A stretch of DNA of 63,863 bases from Diadema antillarum (lineage: Eukaryota). The notes under the pieces are model-generated. The model ran no database searches and was not told where the DNA came from. It saw only the letters and a program-made list of their open reading frames with translations. The stretch covers positions 248,001 to 311,863 of the forward strand of contig NW_027271884.1 in assembly GCF_040938485.1 (NCBI RefSeq), in the 5' to 3' direction. Shown piece by piece: positions 51,001 to 63,863 of this stretch; the stretch's first letter is position 1; every line of letters begins with the position of its first letter. The translations under genes and the position numbers were made by a program.

Positions 51001-54000
51001 AACCTCTCCAAATGTTACAAGAACACAATAAGAGCATGAACAACAAGAAGCGGAAAAGGATGAATGGATGATGATGATGAAGATGATGTTGATGATGATG
51101 ATGATGATAATGATGATGAAGATGATGTTGATGATGATGTTGATGATGCTGATGATGATGATGATGAAGATGATGTTGATGATGATGTTGATGATGCTGA
51201 TGATGATGATGATGATGATAAGGAGGAGGAGGAGGAGGAGGAGGAGGAGGAGGAGGAGGAGGAGGAGGAGGAGGGGATAAAATATCATCAAAAGATGTAT
51301 TCCTTACCAACATCAGCAAACTTGACTTTGGGGCCGCTGTCCATGATCTCATCCAGAATGCGATTGGCCAGCTTAGAGTCCACATTCTTGAGGCGTGAGA
51401 CAGCCTGCTTCACATCCTTGGCAGGGGGAGGGTGGCTGCTGGTCGGAGACTTGGGGTCCTTCTTGCCGGAAGACTGACCACGGGTCTGGACGAAGGAATA
51501 TAGTCATAGAGAAAAGTGAGAAACACTTAACAAAGCGAGAGAAAGGAGGGGGGGGGGGTCAAATAGAATAGAGGGATAAACAGTAACAGATGTTTGGATG
51601 AGATACACACAGAAATACATAAAATAAGCAATGATACAGACAAAGACAAACACACAGACACACAGACATATTATGCAGATATAAATCACCACTCAAACAC
51701 AAACAAAGTTGACTGGGGAAGACTTCAGGGGTCGCACTTAACTTTTTTTTCAACTAGCCAGGCGGACCACTTAGAATCAATTTTGACACTGAAGCAATAT
51801 TTTGGCTAGCCAGACGGACTAGTAACTTCAGAATTTTATGATTTTTAGCTAGTCCAACGTGATTTTGGGTGGCCAATAGCCAGTGGACCATCGCCAATTT
51901 CGAACCCTGGTCAAGACAAATTGTACAAGTATAGGAAGATATAGGGTGAAGAAATTAAATTGATGATAGAAAAAATGCTTTAACTCTAATTCAAGTGTAT
52001 CATTCTCCTTATTGTAAGCTTCAGCATAGAGACTCCTTCAATTCTGAAGGAGATTCACATCATTCTAGTCTTGCCACCTCACACATCACACAGCCGATAA
52101 CACGCACACGATTTCGGCCGGAGGTGATGCATGAACTGCCATGATGTCACTTTGTGTTTGTGATGAGTAGTATCTAGTGATGATTACTGATGGAATGATT
52201 ACCCAAGAGTGCAATCACTCTCCTTCCCTTTCTCTTTCTCACTCTCTCTCTCCTCCTATCTCTCCTATCTCTATATCCTTTTCCCCATCTCTGTCTCTCT
52301 GTGTCTCTTTTTTGTTTGTTTGTCTGTCTGTGTGTCTGTCTGTGTCAATGTCAACCCTGACACATCTTCTCTCCAACATTATTCCAGCTCGGGCTACAAA
52401 TGCGTGCTCACGCTGTAAGTGCAACATTAGCACTGTGTTTACGAGGAGTCATTACGGGTCGTCTGCTTCGCTCTCCCATTTTGTTTTGTTTTTGCTTTGT
52501 TTTGTTTTGTTTTTTTCTATTAGCCTTGAACACTTCCACTGATGTGTCTCCGGGACTGGAAAAATAGAATCATTCGGTTCAGCCTGATGTGGTGTGAAAA
52601 ATTGAACTTGTCATGCGTGGAAGGTGAGGAATGTTTGCAGGTGATACATGAATCATCCTGTGAGGCAGTGAGTGGACAGTAAAAAAAAAAACATTCGAGG
52701 TCTAAAAGAGACAGTCCTCAGCCACAGAAGCTTGGACCATTAGAAGGGAGAGCAAACATGTTTTGTTTTTTGTTTTGTTGTTTTTGTTTTTTTTCAAAAT
52801 GCAGATTTGAAGGTAAATGAATATTACATCTACAGAAAAAAGAAAAAATATATTAACATAATATGGACTGGCCTTGAGTGGGATACGATGTTTATTGTCT
52901 GAACTAGTTGCCCGAGTCGAAGACGAGGGCAATACAATTCTAGTGAGGGCAATTAATGTCGCACTCTAGTGAGGGCAATTAATGTCGTATCCCCCGAAAG
53001 TAGACAGTCCATATCATCATTATTACCCATTTCAGGCATCTTGAGCAGTAAAATAAATCATTACAATGTAAATTTGTTGCAACTTCCCAATTTACGGTAA
53101 CAAAATTCCACTCGGTGCCAGCTCAAGCTCTATACACCGCACTGCGCGCTACATCCCTATACACAGCTCAGGTATGCAGCACACGAATAACAGGCAACTC
53201 ATATATGTGCAGGGATCATCCCCTATTTTATGTGTTAACCTGTGGGAATTTGCCCTCTGTCGTGAAACTTGGGTATGTGGTGCGCGTAGAAACAGCCAGC
53301 TCACACAGTAACAGCGATCGTCCTTTAGTTTTACGTGTTAACCTAAGGGACTTTGCCCTTTGACGCGAAACCATTCCGCAAAAAATGGTCATCAACAGCA
53401 AATTTTCCTCACTGGGAGCTCAAGTGCCCGGATGCTATATTCCTCTCGTTTTTAACACGCAAATCCCATAGGCGTTTGCCAAAGAGGGGAATATGGAAAA
53501 TTGGTCCTCTTCTCCCTGCTGGCCTGCAATCCCGTGCATAATACAAAGGGAATACAATTTTGTAGAACCACAGCTCAGATGTCTGATACAGGTAATGATT
53601 ATATAACTACAGAGAGCCCAACACATCAGAATGTTAACAAGATTATACATATATATCTACATCACTTCTATCTTTCCTGCGAAAGATACTAGTAACTGAT
53701 AAAATGGCATGCGGATACCTTTCACAGTGCAGAAACTCAAATCATTCCCCGATACATTCACTTGCTATCCCATTCATTGATCAGGATCACAGGCTGAGCT
53801 TTGTAAGTACAGACACTGAACATGAAATAATTTTGCAATGTATGTGCAAAGCAAAATATAATCTGTCACTATCAAATCTGAGGGTGAAACTGAATCTAAA
53901 TGAAAATTTTGCTTATCCTGTTATCATTTATAATCTTATATTACCACATTATTCACTTGAGTGCAAAAAGGACAATAACTGCATTGATATTATATTTATT

Positions 54001-56167
54001 TTTTTATGCAACCTCCTAGTGTTAGTGTCTTCTATCACAATATTTTAGAGTTCTGGGTTCATGCTCATTTCTCCATTAGAAGATTCGGATTTAGACTCTC
54101 TTTTGGTCTATACATAGACATTCAGTTTGCATGGGCTTTGCATGGTACTATATGATGCACTGTAATGCAGCATATTGATTACACCAAATATTTACAGAGT
54201 CAATATAAGAAAAGACAAGAAAAAACAAAAACAAACAAACCCAGAGCACTTTCACAGGATGCAAAGGACACTAGGGCACTAAACATAAGGACTTTGGAGT
54301 GAGAAGAGGTATTGTACTTCAAAGAAAACATTTTATAACTCTTATATCATTATGATAATACTGCAATATTAAGTTTGTTTCTTTTTCTAAAAGCCTTCGC
54401 GTTGGCAACTAGAGATCTTGAACATCTATTTACACATATCTTAGCGAAAGTAGACTTACTTCATGGTATGTGTGACACCATATTGAATAAGGCGACTGCA
54501 TTCTACTACAGAGAGCCTAAAGTGAATCTATGCCTGAGATCTTGAAAGAAAAAAAGAGAAATACACTTCTCCTTTCTTTCTCTTGATCTACGTTAACTGA
54601 CTCATCCCTGGTGCTTGATCCTTTCCAAATCTTGGGAGATTGAGCGATAAAGTCAATCCGTCTGCACGGGGTCAGGGCTGGGAGCCTTGAACCTGTGTTA
54701 AGGGAGCCCTCGCTTGGCAACGGCACATGAAGTGCCGATGAGTGGAGAGAGAGGAAACCGAAGGAGGACTTTTGGACTGGAGGAAATTGTCCAGTGACGG
54801 AATGTCAGCTTGTTCACGACTCAATTTCCCCCCTTCATTAAGTGCCAAAACAGAGCAAATGGTGCAAATTTGGATAATATGTGATAGAGCACTATAATTG
54901 ATGTGGTTGGATAGTATTTTTTTTTTAAATGGGGTGTCAAAATTGGATGCAGAGCTTCATGGGTTTGTTTTTTAGCAGGAGATACAGTTATGTCCAGATG
55001 AGTAACAAAGAAAAACATCCTATATGTACACTTCAGAATAGTGCGAGTGAAGCGTTATGTGCAGTCATCAGGTACCAAAGACAGTGTGCTACATACTAAC
55101 ATGGTGATGTTTTGTATGCCCTGAACAAAATAACCGGCGGACCTATTGATCATAATTAGCAGGCTACACAGCTAATGATATGCCTGAGAGGCTCACTATA
55201 CCCAAGAGGTGATATTGTGCTGCCTGAAGGACAGTGAGGCCAATACTAGAGTTTTAATGCTCATGATGCAACATGCTAATTCAGAGCCTTATGAGTAAGC
55301 CGAATGACCTCTAAGTAAATGAGTTAACTCATCACTTCTGATCTCACACCACATTAATAGCTTTTTCTTTTTTCTCTCAAAGGCCAGTATTAGACACAGA
55401 GTGGCAGACAATGCTCAGAATGTGTGTCTGCAAGTATGAAGATTTTCAATGAGAATAGAAAATATGGCACTATCAAAATAGACCAGTTTTCTAATATATT
55501 CAAATTTATGAATGTTTTCTCCTGTCTCAATGTAGGAATGAACTATTCTATTAACCTGTAGCTCAAAAAAAAACACTTTTCAATACTTGGAAACCAGTTC
55601 GCATAAATAAGTTGTTGCTATGGCAGGCAACCCTCACGCAAACTTTCACGTTGGACAAGAAAAGGGTACGAACCATTGTCAGAAAGGCATGCACAATATT
55701 GTAGTAAACCAGTCTTAGCATGTGATCAACCAATGGAGTTCGGGAACATTTTCTGCGTGCAACTAATGGATTACAAACACAAAAAGCTGACATTAGTCAA
55801 AAATCCATCACTCCACTCCCTCATCCAACCACCTTCATCTGCATCCCCATTCCTACTTAAATATTTCCACCTGAAATGGCATTGCTGATATGCTGTAGTA
55901 CTTTTACCTACCTACAGTTGAGACCTCTGATTCTGCTCAATCTGAGAGGTATGACAGAGTGCATGGTTGCACTTTGCAAGCACATTTCAGAGGACTTAAG
56001 TCTTGATGCATCTAGGTAAAGCTAACCAAACATTTCAGTGTATGAATCACTCTTGGTGGATAACTAGCGATGAGAAAGCAAAGGCTCTCAAACACAAATC
56101 CAGCCGTTTCTTTCTCTCTATATCTCTCAGGTCAATTTTTTTCTTCTTTTTTTTCTCTCTCAGAAAT

Positions 56168-56205
<38 letters not shown>

Positions 56206-57287
56206 TCTCTTGCTTACCAATCTGCGATGATCTGAGGAGAAACATGAGAACTGAGTGCAATAGATTTCATACCTCCCCCCCCCCCCCCCTCCTCCCCTCG
56301 CTGTGAAAGCAGCAAAAGTATGAATGATACTTTTGCTAGAGGCGTGGCAGGTTGCTACTCGGGTCTTGGGCACAATGTGTGATGGAATACCTGTCCGAGG
56401 CATCTCATTTCATCCCTGGTTATATTAGGCTGGCGAGATGAGAGGCCACTCGCAGTGAAAAGAAAAAGGAAAGAAGAAGTATCGTATCCAGCCAAAATGG
56501 TAAGGGATCCATTACCTGGGACACGGCCAGTTGCCCAGCAACCTCATTCTGTCGGAATTCTTTTGAGATGTCGCAGGGGTCTTGTCAACGCACACTGGCA
56601 GTTGCATGGAAATGTTTGCTAATATTCTGGCATTCTAAGGGAAGCTGACGTAGACTTGTTTGGAATGCTAAATGTAAATGAATATTCAATGTATACTGAC
56701 TTGTGAGCAGGGGCAAAAATTGTAATATGCTATGCAGGGCACATTGTGGTTTATAAAAAAAGAAAAAAAAATTGCACCACAAATACAGTAGCATGACATC
56801 AGACTTTCCAATATATATTTTGATTTTGAAAAATGAAAAGAAGAATTAGTTATATGTATACAAAACCTCTTTTTTTTTGTCATCTGAATCTGTATCACAC
56901 AAATGTCCTTTGATGTTTTTTAACAATAACAAACAATTTGGAATCTTAAAGTATTGCAACACATTTTTTGTCTCTCCGTCTGTATTGTGTAGCAACTAAA
57001 CAGGTTGTGGTATCACAAAACCAGTTACATAGTGCCCCCCCCCCCCCCCCCATCAGTTACTGTCATTACACCAGAGGTCAAGAATAGGTAAAATATAAAA
57101 TGGGTTTCACTTTGGGACCAAAGCTTTACCTTGGGCTGGGAAGGGATGGTTGTCTCTGGAAGAGAGGTAGGGTCCGGCCGGGGGACATGAGGTAGATTCC
57201 GGGCGGGGCTTCGGGTCCTCCCATTGCTGGACGACACTCCCGTCGTGGCCTTGTGGACCAGTCGAGGTGAGGCTCTGTGCGATGATT
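37633..57287 (-). CDS. SPAST: Spastin (microtubule-severing AAA ATPase), 5'-partial: linker plus complete AAA domain
   Basis: Exons 57287-57130, 51485-51308, 50287-50148, 42019-41872, 41015-40924, 40217-40095, 39639-39489, 38465-38425 and 37758-37633 (TAG); all phases join. Motifs: Walker A GPPGNGKT, pore loop SKYVGEGEK, Walker [41 protein letters not shown], and C-terminal [10 protein letters not shown]. The 57287-57130 exon is low-complexity linker and less certain. MIT exons were not found in the window. Confidence 0.93.
39146..39232. repeat. Degenerate (CAT/CAC)n microsatellite between N gaps
   Basis: Directly visible; flanked by N runs 38775-39145 and 39233-39365. Confidence 0.9.
40322..40711. 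mobile_element. TTAA-flanked MITE, copy 2 (inverted relative to the other three)
   Basis: Reverse-complement match to 34280-34665, with TTAA-AGG/CCT-TTAA ends. Confidence 0.8.
41419..41813. mobile_element. TTAA-flanked MITE, copy 3
   Basis: TTAA-AGGGTGTGTACAGTTCTGGTTGAGGTG...CACCTCAACCAGTACTGTACAGTCCCT-TTAA. Confidence 0.8.
47197..47589. mobile_element. TTAA-flanked MITE, copy 4
   Basis: TTAA-AGGGACTATACAG...CTGTATAGTCCCT-like TIRs; highly similar to 41419-41813. Confidence 0.8.
51062..51275. repeat. Compound trinucleotide microsatellite (GAT)n(GAG)n
   Basis: Directly visible; produces the poly-D/E, poly-M/R and poly-H ORF artefacts. Confidence 0.95.
51725..51909. mobile_element. Short MITE with CAGGG...CCCTG ends and CTAGCCAG subrepeats
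   Basis: CAGGG/CCCTG termini are hAT-like; no matching 8-bp TSD found. Confidence 0.45.
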
Positions 57288-58118
57288 CTGCATCAGATAA
57301 ATGAGAACCATAATGATTGCTATGAATTACACCAAATGTGAGTACACAACGCTTTCAACATGTATGTTTATAGGATTCACAATTATATATATAAGAAATA
57401 GGTATATAAAGTTTGTTGCCATGTAACACATTATACATTGCCCTTAATACCAATAACTATTATTTCATAGTGTAATCTAAGTATTAGATATGCAGCAGCA
57501 CTGCACAAGCTCTCACTCATGCTGGCTCTTGACCTTGACTAAAAACATTCTCCTTTTTGCAGATGATTAGCAGAATACCTGACATAGACATCAATACTTC
57601 TTACCACCTGCATATGAGGTGAATGCATAATTGCCACTGGGCAATAAAGTGACTAAAGGAATTTTATTTCTGTTTTTCCAATCGTAGTGTCTGGGCACAG
57701 TTAACAGGCATGGGGCAAAGGAGAAAGAATGATATACATAGGGTATGAAATATGACACATTATGACACCTAATCCAATCACCTAGTATGCACAGTGTGCA
57801 AGACATGTCTGCAAATGGTATGACAACAAGGATTATCATATATCCAATAATGCTCTTTTTTGTGGAGTAAGACTGCTACCAGTGAATCATGAAAATTAAT
57901 GAATATTCTTAAACCTCTCACAACCATACATCTCTAAATAAAATTTCTACAGCACAGCAACAAGTTGCAAATGGTGCTGGGAGACTTTAAGAACCCATTT
58001 TGGTGATTGATCCTAAAGTCCTGGCAGGCAAATGAGACTAAAGAACCAAACTATGGATCAAAGCAAGCTGCACAGGAGGGGGGTGGGGGGATACTTTTAG
58101 TCCTGGCATCTCACTCTG

Positions 58119-58132
58119 GTTACCATAGCAAC
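58119..58132. promoter_or_regulatory. RFX X-box motif GTTACCATAGCAAC
   Basis: Full 14-bp match to the X-box consensus GTTNCCATRGNAAC, in apparently non-repeat sequence upstream of the most 5' spastin exon found. Function not shown. Confidence 0.5.
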
Positions 58133-59198
58133 TAGGGGGAATGATGCCAATGCACCACATCACCTGCTCAATATTTGCTGCCATCGATCATCATTAAGCC
58201 ATCATTCAATTTTCACAAAACAGCACCGAATTGAGGGGCTGCGTTTCAGGGGGGGGGGGGGGGGGACAGCGTCTCGAAATGGGCGTGGGGTGGGGGTGGG
58301 GGGATTCCTCCCCTCATTTTCTCTCCCCTGCTCCTTATCAATATTCAATGCAGCATAACCTGGAGCTCGATTTTCTTGAAGAGTTACATTAGTCTAATGC
58401 CACCTGGACATAAGCTGTCTTAAGTGTGCAGAGCAAGAATCTTTGTTTGAATTACTCAAAGGAAGTTTTTGAAAAATATAACTGAGCAGTCATACTGAAA
58501 TGAAAAAAGTGTTGTTCATTGTTGTCTAAATCAGCTGGACTCTTAGGGTCTTCCCCAGGTTGCCCATACAGCGGCAATCAAGGCACATGGTTTCCTATCA
58601 TATTCCCTGGTTGATGTACGTGCAATACTTGCAAATATACTATACAATCAGTATTCTGCTCTAGTAAGACTAGAATACTGCATCTGTTTAAAAAAAAAAA
58701 AAAAATCACTCGCTGTACTGGTGACCTGTTGGACTCGGTACATTACCTGATGTCAATTTCAATGCATGAAAGTGTTGCTGGAGGGTGAATATTGAATACT
58801 TTGGTGAATGGAAGTGGGTATCTATCACCACAAGGCAACATAGGAGATAAGAAGAGCAGGACAGAAACAAAAGGACAAAAGTAAGAGAGAAAGAGAGGGG
58901 AAGAGAGAGAGAGCTGAATGGCGTATTAACCTCTGTCTCTACCTGAATGATATCAATTCAGACACATAACAAGTCATCCCGAATGAATATATTAAATTTG
59001 TCACTAACAGCAAGGTGACGTGCTGCGTGTACCTGATCTTAGCAAAAGAACACCATTACCTGACATTCCACCTCCAATGTCCTCCCCCCCCCCAAAAAAA
59101 AAGAGAAAAAAGAAGAAGATGAGAGAAAGAAGAGGAAATAGGAAAGATACAGGAGAGAAAGATACTGTAATGCAAAGTTACTTGTGTAATGCACCAGC

Positions 59199-59870
59199 AG
59201 GTGCATTCACACTGATGGTGAAATTTCAAACACCATGGTATTTTGCATGGTACAGTAATTTGTTGTAATGTGAATGCAAATGCATCACGAAATACACCAT
59301 AAAATACATCGTGAAATACTGTGGTACTTAGGAGGTAGTAATTCAAACTTAGCACGGAATACATGTGTACGCGAGATTTGAGTGAGAATCGTGTCACAAA
59401 ATACCATCAATCGTTCAGCGGTGTATTTCTTATATGATCTGATGAAGATCTGGGGGGCATTCGATGAAGCATTTTGTCGGACAAATTTGCTCTCAGCCAA
59501 TCAGATGCAAGGATTTCAGTAGCTTATAACAGTTTGTCAGACAAAATATCTGACAAAATGCTTCATGAAATGCCCCCCCCCCCCCCCCCCCCCCCCCGAT
59601 TCACTTCCCTATCTATTCCCCATAGGAGATATGCACATGTGCAATTGCTTACCAGGAATGTCATGCTGGTATTTCAGGAATGACGTTGGTAGCAAGTGAA
59701 ATATCACAGTCTTTATAACCATGGTATTTGGCCAATCAGAATGGTGCCAACAAATTACCATGGTGAAAGAAAGACATTCTCTCCATTTGTAGACGGAGAC
59801 AAATTGAAGAAACTCACACCAAATTACCATGGTGTTTAATAACACAGTAAAATCGAATGTGAATGCACCT
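59199..59870. mobile_element. TIR element AGGTGCATTCACA...TGTGAATGCACCT with ACCATGGT subrepeats
   Basis: Perfect 13-bp inverted termini and palindromic ACCATGGT repeats in both arms. Confidence 0.7.
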
Positions 59871-62250
59871 TTAGTAGACGGATCATATCTTTCAGTATGT
59901 CTCTCCTCTCCTTGCCATTTGCATCTCTTTCTCCCTCTCTATCACTATGTCTTCATTCCTCTTCTTTCCAATAATTCATCTCTCCTCAGCAGTAATCCAA
60001 TAGTAGATACTTAGTCAGAGCGTGGCATCCAATAACAACGTATAGAGGCTTCCATGGGGCAGCTACAATCACATAGCCCAAGGGGTTACATTTTAATTCC
60101 TCACACCTCTCTCGAACACCAAACCCAACCCAATTTTCTCTCTGACCAGCCCTGAATTCACTCCCCTTCCTCACTCCTGCCCCTCCTCCCTCTTCCTGCT
60201 ATCATCTCATGCATACCTTATTTCTAATCCAAGAAAAGTAGCATGGATCTTCACCTGTCCCTCGATATGATTCCTCGGATCTCCTTATTATCCCCCCTAC
60301 TGATTGGGATGCACTTGCCCCTATGATTACCCACAGGAATTCAAACATTGAAGACACTTCCAAGTTTATCCCATCCTGTTTCAATTCGCTCATACAACTC
60401 TGTAAGTGTGAGCATCAAAATATCTGAATTGCCATAAGCCATTAGAAGACATTATGTCATAATGAATTTGCAAAACAAAGACTGATATCAGGAAATGGTA
60501 ACATCAAACCAGAAAATATACACAAAACTTTTGAACATAACATAATATACAAATAGATATGTGTACATGTGTGCATATGCAGTTGTACATATACACAAGC
60601 ATGATTTTTTTTAGGGTGTTTCTTTTTGCTACAGCTCAACTTTTCTTCCATAGAAAACCACAGAGAAATATTCCTCACAAAGCAGAGTAAAATATTGATG
60701 TAAACAGAGTCATTCACACAGACAAAATAGCATTATCTACACACCAACATTTTTTGCACCGTTCAGGCAGACAGAAATATCCCGCTAATTGCTGATCACG
60801 ATATTTAAATGACCAAACTTTGCATGCCTGAAATCTACCGAAATGTTAACACTTGTCCCTGTGTTCATGCACTGGTGTAATGTGTCTTTTGAAGGACGGA
60901 ATAAAAAATCTTGCGATTTCAGGATTGATACAATCACTAGGTGCAAATTATCGATCATGCTGTTTCTCTAATTATTGTGATGATTTTGAAATAACCAGAT
61001 GATTTCTTGGGCTTTTGATCGCAATGCTGATCATGTTATCTAGTGAGATTATGTCCACACAGGCAAAAAATCTCGAGATTGTATCCCCTTAATTCGCATC
61101 AGTGTGAATCCCACTAATGGTATGAAGAGATAAGCTTTCTGAAAGTCCCCCCCCCCCCCCCAATGATATGATCTCGTCGAAATCTTCTTAATGCCAGGCA
61201 AACAGGTGCCTATATGTTCTCACGGGGGCCTCAGATACCCAGGAATTGATTGCAGCAGGAGTAGGTCAATGATTGGCACTGCCTAATCCATCCTGACCCC
61301 AGTATACCTTCACACAGGTGGTATCCTTGCGTGAGGATGAACACAAGTTCATTTTCAACCAGCATGATGTTCACCTGCTCTTGTCTAGCCAATTAACAGG
61401 TCAAATTTTAAGTCTTTCTTTTCTTTTTTTTAAGAGTAATTTATCACTATTTCCACATTACACAAATACGCATTTAAAGAGTGAGACAATAAGATTCCTC
61501 ATGAAAGCTGCTTGATATTGGCAATTTCCCTTTTGGATGGATTCTAGGAAAAAATGAATGTTATTTGTTCAGAAATGCAGGGATATTTCTTCATGAATGA
61601 TGTTCATCTTATACTACCTTGGATTCTTGATTTAATCTTGTGAGAATGAAAAATCTGTTTCTGTTTTGCTTCCTCATTTGAATCCATCAAACTAAACCAC
61701 ACATGCAGGCTGAATACAGAATTTTTCTCACTCACAAAGTACGCATGAATTTCATGAACAGTGGTTTATGCATGAAGATCGGCTCATTAAACATGTCTCT
61801 ATGAGACAGACAGGTAGTGGAGAGAGGTTACGGTAGGAAGGTAGATAGATAGATAGACAGATAGATAGATAGAAAGAGAGATAAAGAGAAGGGGGTGGGG
61901 AGGAGAAAGGCAGGTTGCTTGATCACAGAGCCACACCGAAGAGAACAGCAGTTGAATTCCAATGCTAGCTGAGCTGATATTGAAAATCAACTCCAAAAAA
62001 TGCAGCATAAATCCATAATCCACAAATCTCATGAAATTCAAAGTACAGGAGATGAGGGGGACTTATGGAATTAGAATCAGAATTTTTGAAAGTCAGGTGT
62101 ATATTAATCAAGGGCACATAATCAGCCAGAGAGGGCAAAGACCCGTACCAAGATCGACAGAACGTGATAAACCAAGCCTCATATTACGCTGTCTGCATTC
62201 AATAGTGTCACATTCTGTGGGTCATGACAAAGCATGCAGTCATTCCATCA

Positions 62251-62343
62251 TTAACCCGTTGAGGACGAGTCCCGAGTATACTCTGGCGAGGGTCTATGGA
62301 AAATATGCGTTGTAGCAAAATCAGTCCATCCTCGACGGGTTAA
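62251..62343. mobile_element. 93-bp piggyBac-like MITE (TTAA-CCCGTTGAGGACG...CATCCTCGACGGG-TTAA)
   Basis: TTAA TSD, CCC/GGG ends and a 13-bp TIR with two mismatches. Confidence 0.8.
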
Positions 62344-63863
62344 ATGGTATTCTGAATTGGGTGTAAAGGGGCAAACAACTTGTATTAGAAATGATAACTT
62401 TCCCTGGGAGGTGGGAGACTCCTCCCATCTCCGCCATGTTTTAAGAAGAACTTTGTCAGATTTTACAGCTATATGAAGCATTCTCAGGCTCTATGCAATA
62501 TAGTTTATTCAAACATTCTTGCTTTTATATGCATACAAAATTTCATTAGATCTTCTAATTTCATTCTTCCAGATGAAAAATATACAATCCCTATGAACAT
62601 GTACTTGAAAAAAAAATCACAAATGCATTCATGAATGAGGAACAGAATACAGAGTAATAAAATATGATTCAGGGCATGTCAGAAAAAGCCAAGCTTTGAT
62701 GCCAAAAACATTGATAAACTGTTACAATTTAGGGACTCAACTTTGTTCCCGTGAATGCATTGCAAAAATGATTATGTTTGAAATCTGCATATTAACACTG
62801 AGACAGGAGATGAAGGAAATGAACAAACTGAGAGAGAAACAAGTCCTTTAATCCGTTAGCATGTGTTGAAAATTAAAAATTCTACAACTAAAACAATTGT
62901 ATAACAATCAAGGGTTCAAATGAAAAATATTTTTTTTTAAATGTACTTTATGAATGATTTAATGATGACTACTATGAATTATGATAAAGAGACACAATAC
63001 TGAACTACAAAAGTTATGTTTCAGGAAATTAATGGGTCAATGTTATTTACTAAGATGTAGGAAAAACCCCATAAAAACACTAGTCTTGTTTCAAAAGCTG
63101 ACTACTAGTTACCCTTGTTTGAACTGTATGTGATGAGATATAGTGAAAAAAAAAAGGTCTTTCAAATACTTTGTATATGAATGATCAGATAAGTTGTCTT
63201 ATCTTGAAAATCCTTCCACTCAATCCCTGAAGAACCTAAAGGTAATCTTGCCCTACTTGCTAAACCTACATCAATACACCTTGACTCCTATATTTCTCAA
63301 ATAAAATCACCAACTCTGGATTTCTTTGACAGGACACACTGATATTGCCTTTTTCATAACTGACAATGCTGTAAGCGATGATTAAAGCTGATATACCGTC
63401 ATTTTAATTGATACTTACTCGAACACGTTTGACAGATAGTCACTCAAATATACACAAAAGGTCACGTTCCTGTTTGCTGTATTTGTGATCAACGTTTTCT
63501 GAGACTAGAGCCAAACCTTCAGATGGAAGAACACATCCCATGCAATGAAAAAAGCTTTATATCGCAGGGAGAGCGGACCTCGATACTAGCTAAAGCAAGT
63601 GCTACAATTCTCCTGAGCGCAATTCCTTTTAGAGTCATCAATATTTGATGAAAATGCAATAATTCATGGATGAGCATCACTGCTGATGAAAAGACTGTCC
63701 ATCCCTATGAAAAAACAAATACTTTTTCTTCTTTAAATGAGTGTTGTCAGTTTGATGTAGAAATTACCAGAAAAAAATCTATGACTAACCCATGAAATGA
63801 CTGGTTTGGACATGTTTGTCTGATTCACATAGCTTCCAAACTTTGATTTTGGGATGTCATCCT

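Noticed and set aside
50962-51477. Poly-Asp/Glu, poly-Met/Arg, poly-His/Pro and poly-Ile/Leu ORFs
   Set aside because: These are translations of the (GAT)n(GAG)n microsatellite; only the overlapping spastin exon 51485-51308 is real.
54592-54780. Possible alternative spastin linker exon (SSFGFLSLH...RDESVN)
   Set aside because: An in-frame join needs a weak AAG acceptor behind a better CAG and a weak GTAGAT donor. The flanking exons already join in phase without it.
60217-60399. 183-nt AG/GT-bounded open phase-0 segment on the minus strand (SCMSELKQ...WIRNK) as a spastin exon
   Set aside because: It ends in phase 0 while the next exon (57287) needs phase 1, and it does not resemble the MIT domain or the M1 hairpin.

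Overview
Eukaryotic, AT-rich, intron-containing genomic DNA with five N gaps. The repeat content (TTAA-flanked and TA-flanked MITEs, foldback-type and GACCTTTGACC repeats, a tRNA-derived SINE) looks like an echinoderm, probably a sea urchin; this is inference. Four genes were reconstructed by hand from exons, and most supplied ORFs are noise. (1-2) Two tandem Selenoprotein W (SelW/Rdx family) genes lie on the minus strand. Each has five coding exons plus a sixth 3'UTR exon with a type II SECIS. The copy at 11089-14779 is canonical (CGGU motif, 84 aa). The copy at 3425-7952 is atypical: its redox motif reads CGSAU (CxxxU, or CAU through a second acceptor 6 nt away), and it has a second in-frame TGA in exon 4 where the sister copy has Ser. 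Its splice sites, SECIS and synonymous-biased divergence are otherwise intact, so it is a candidate two-selenocysteine SelW with a rewired active site; a recent pseudogene or a sequencing error are the alternatives. (3) An FSIP1 homolog on the plus strand, 20077-31151, 9 coding exons. (4) The 3' part of spastin on the minus strand, 37633-57287, 9 exons covering the linker and the whole AAA domain; the MIT-domain exons were not found and probably lie beyond the right edge. No CRISPR arrays, rRNA genes or true tRNA genes were seen.
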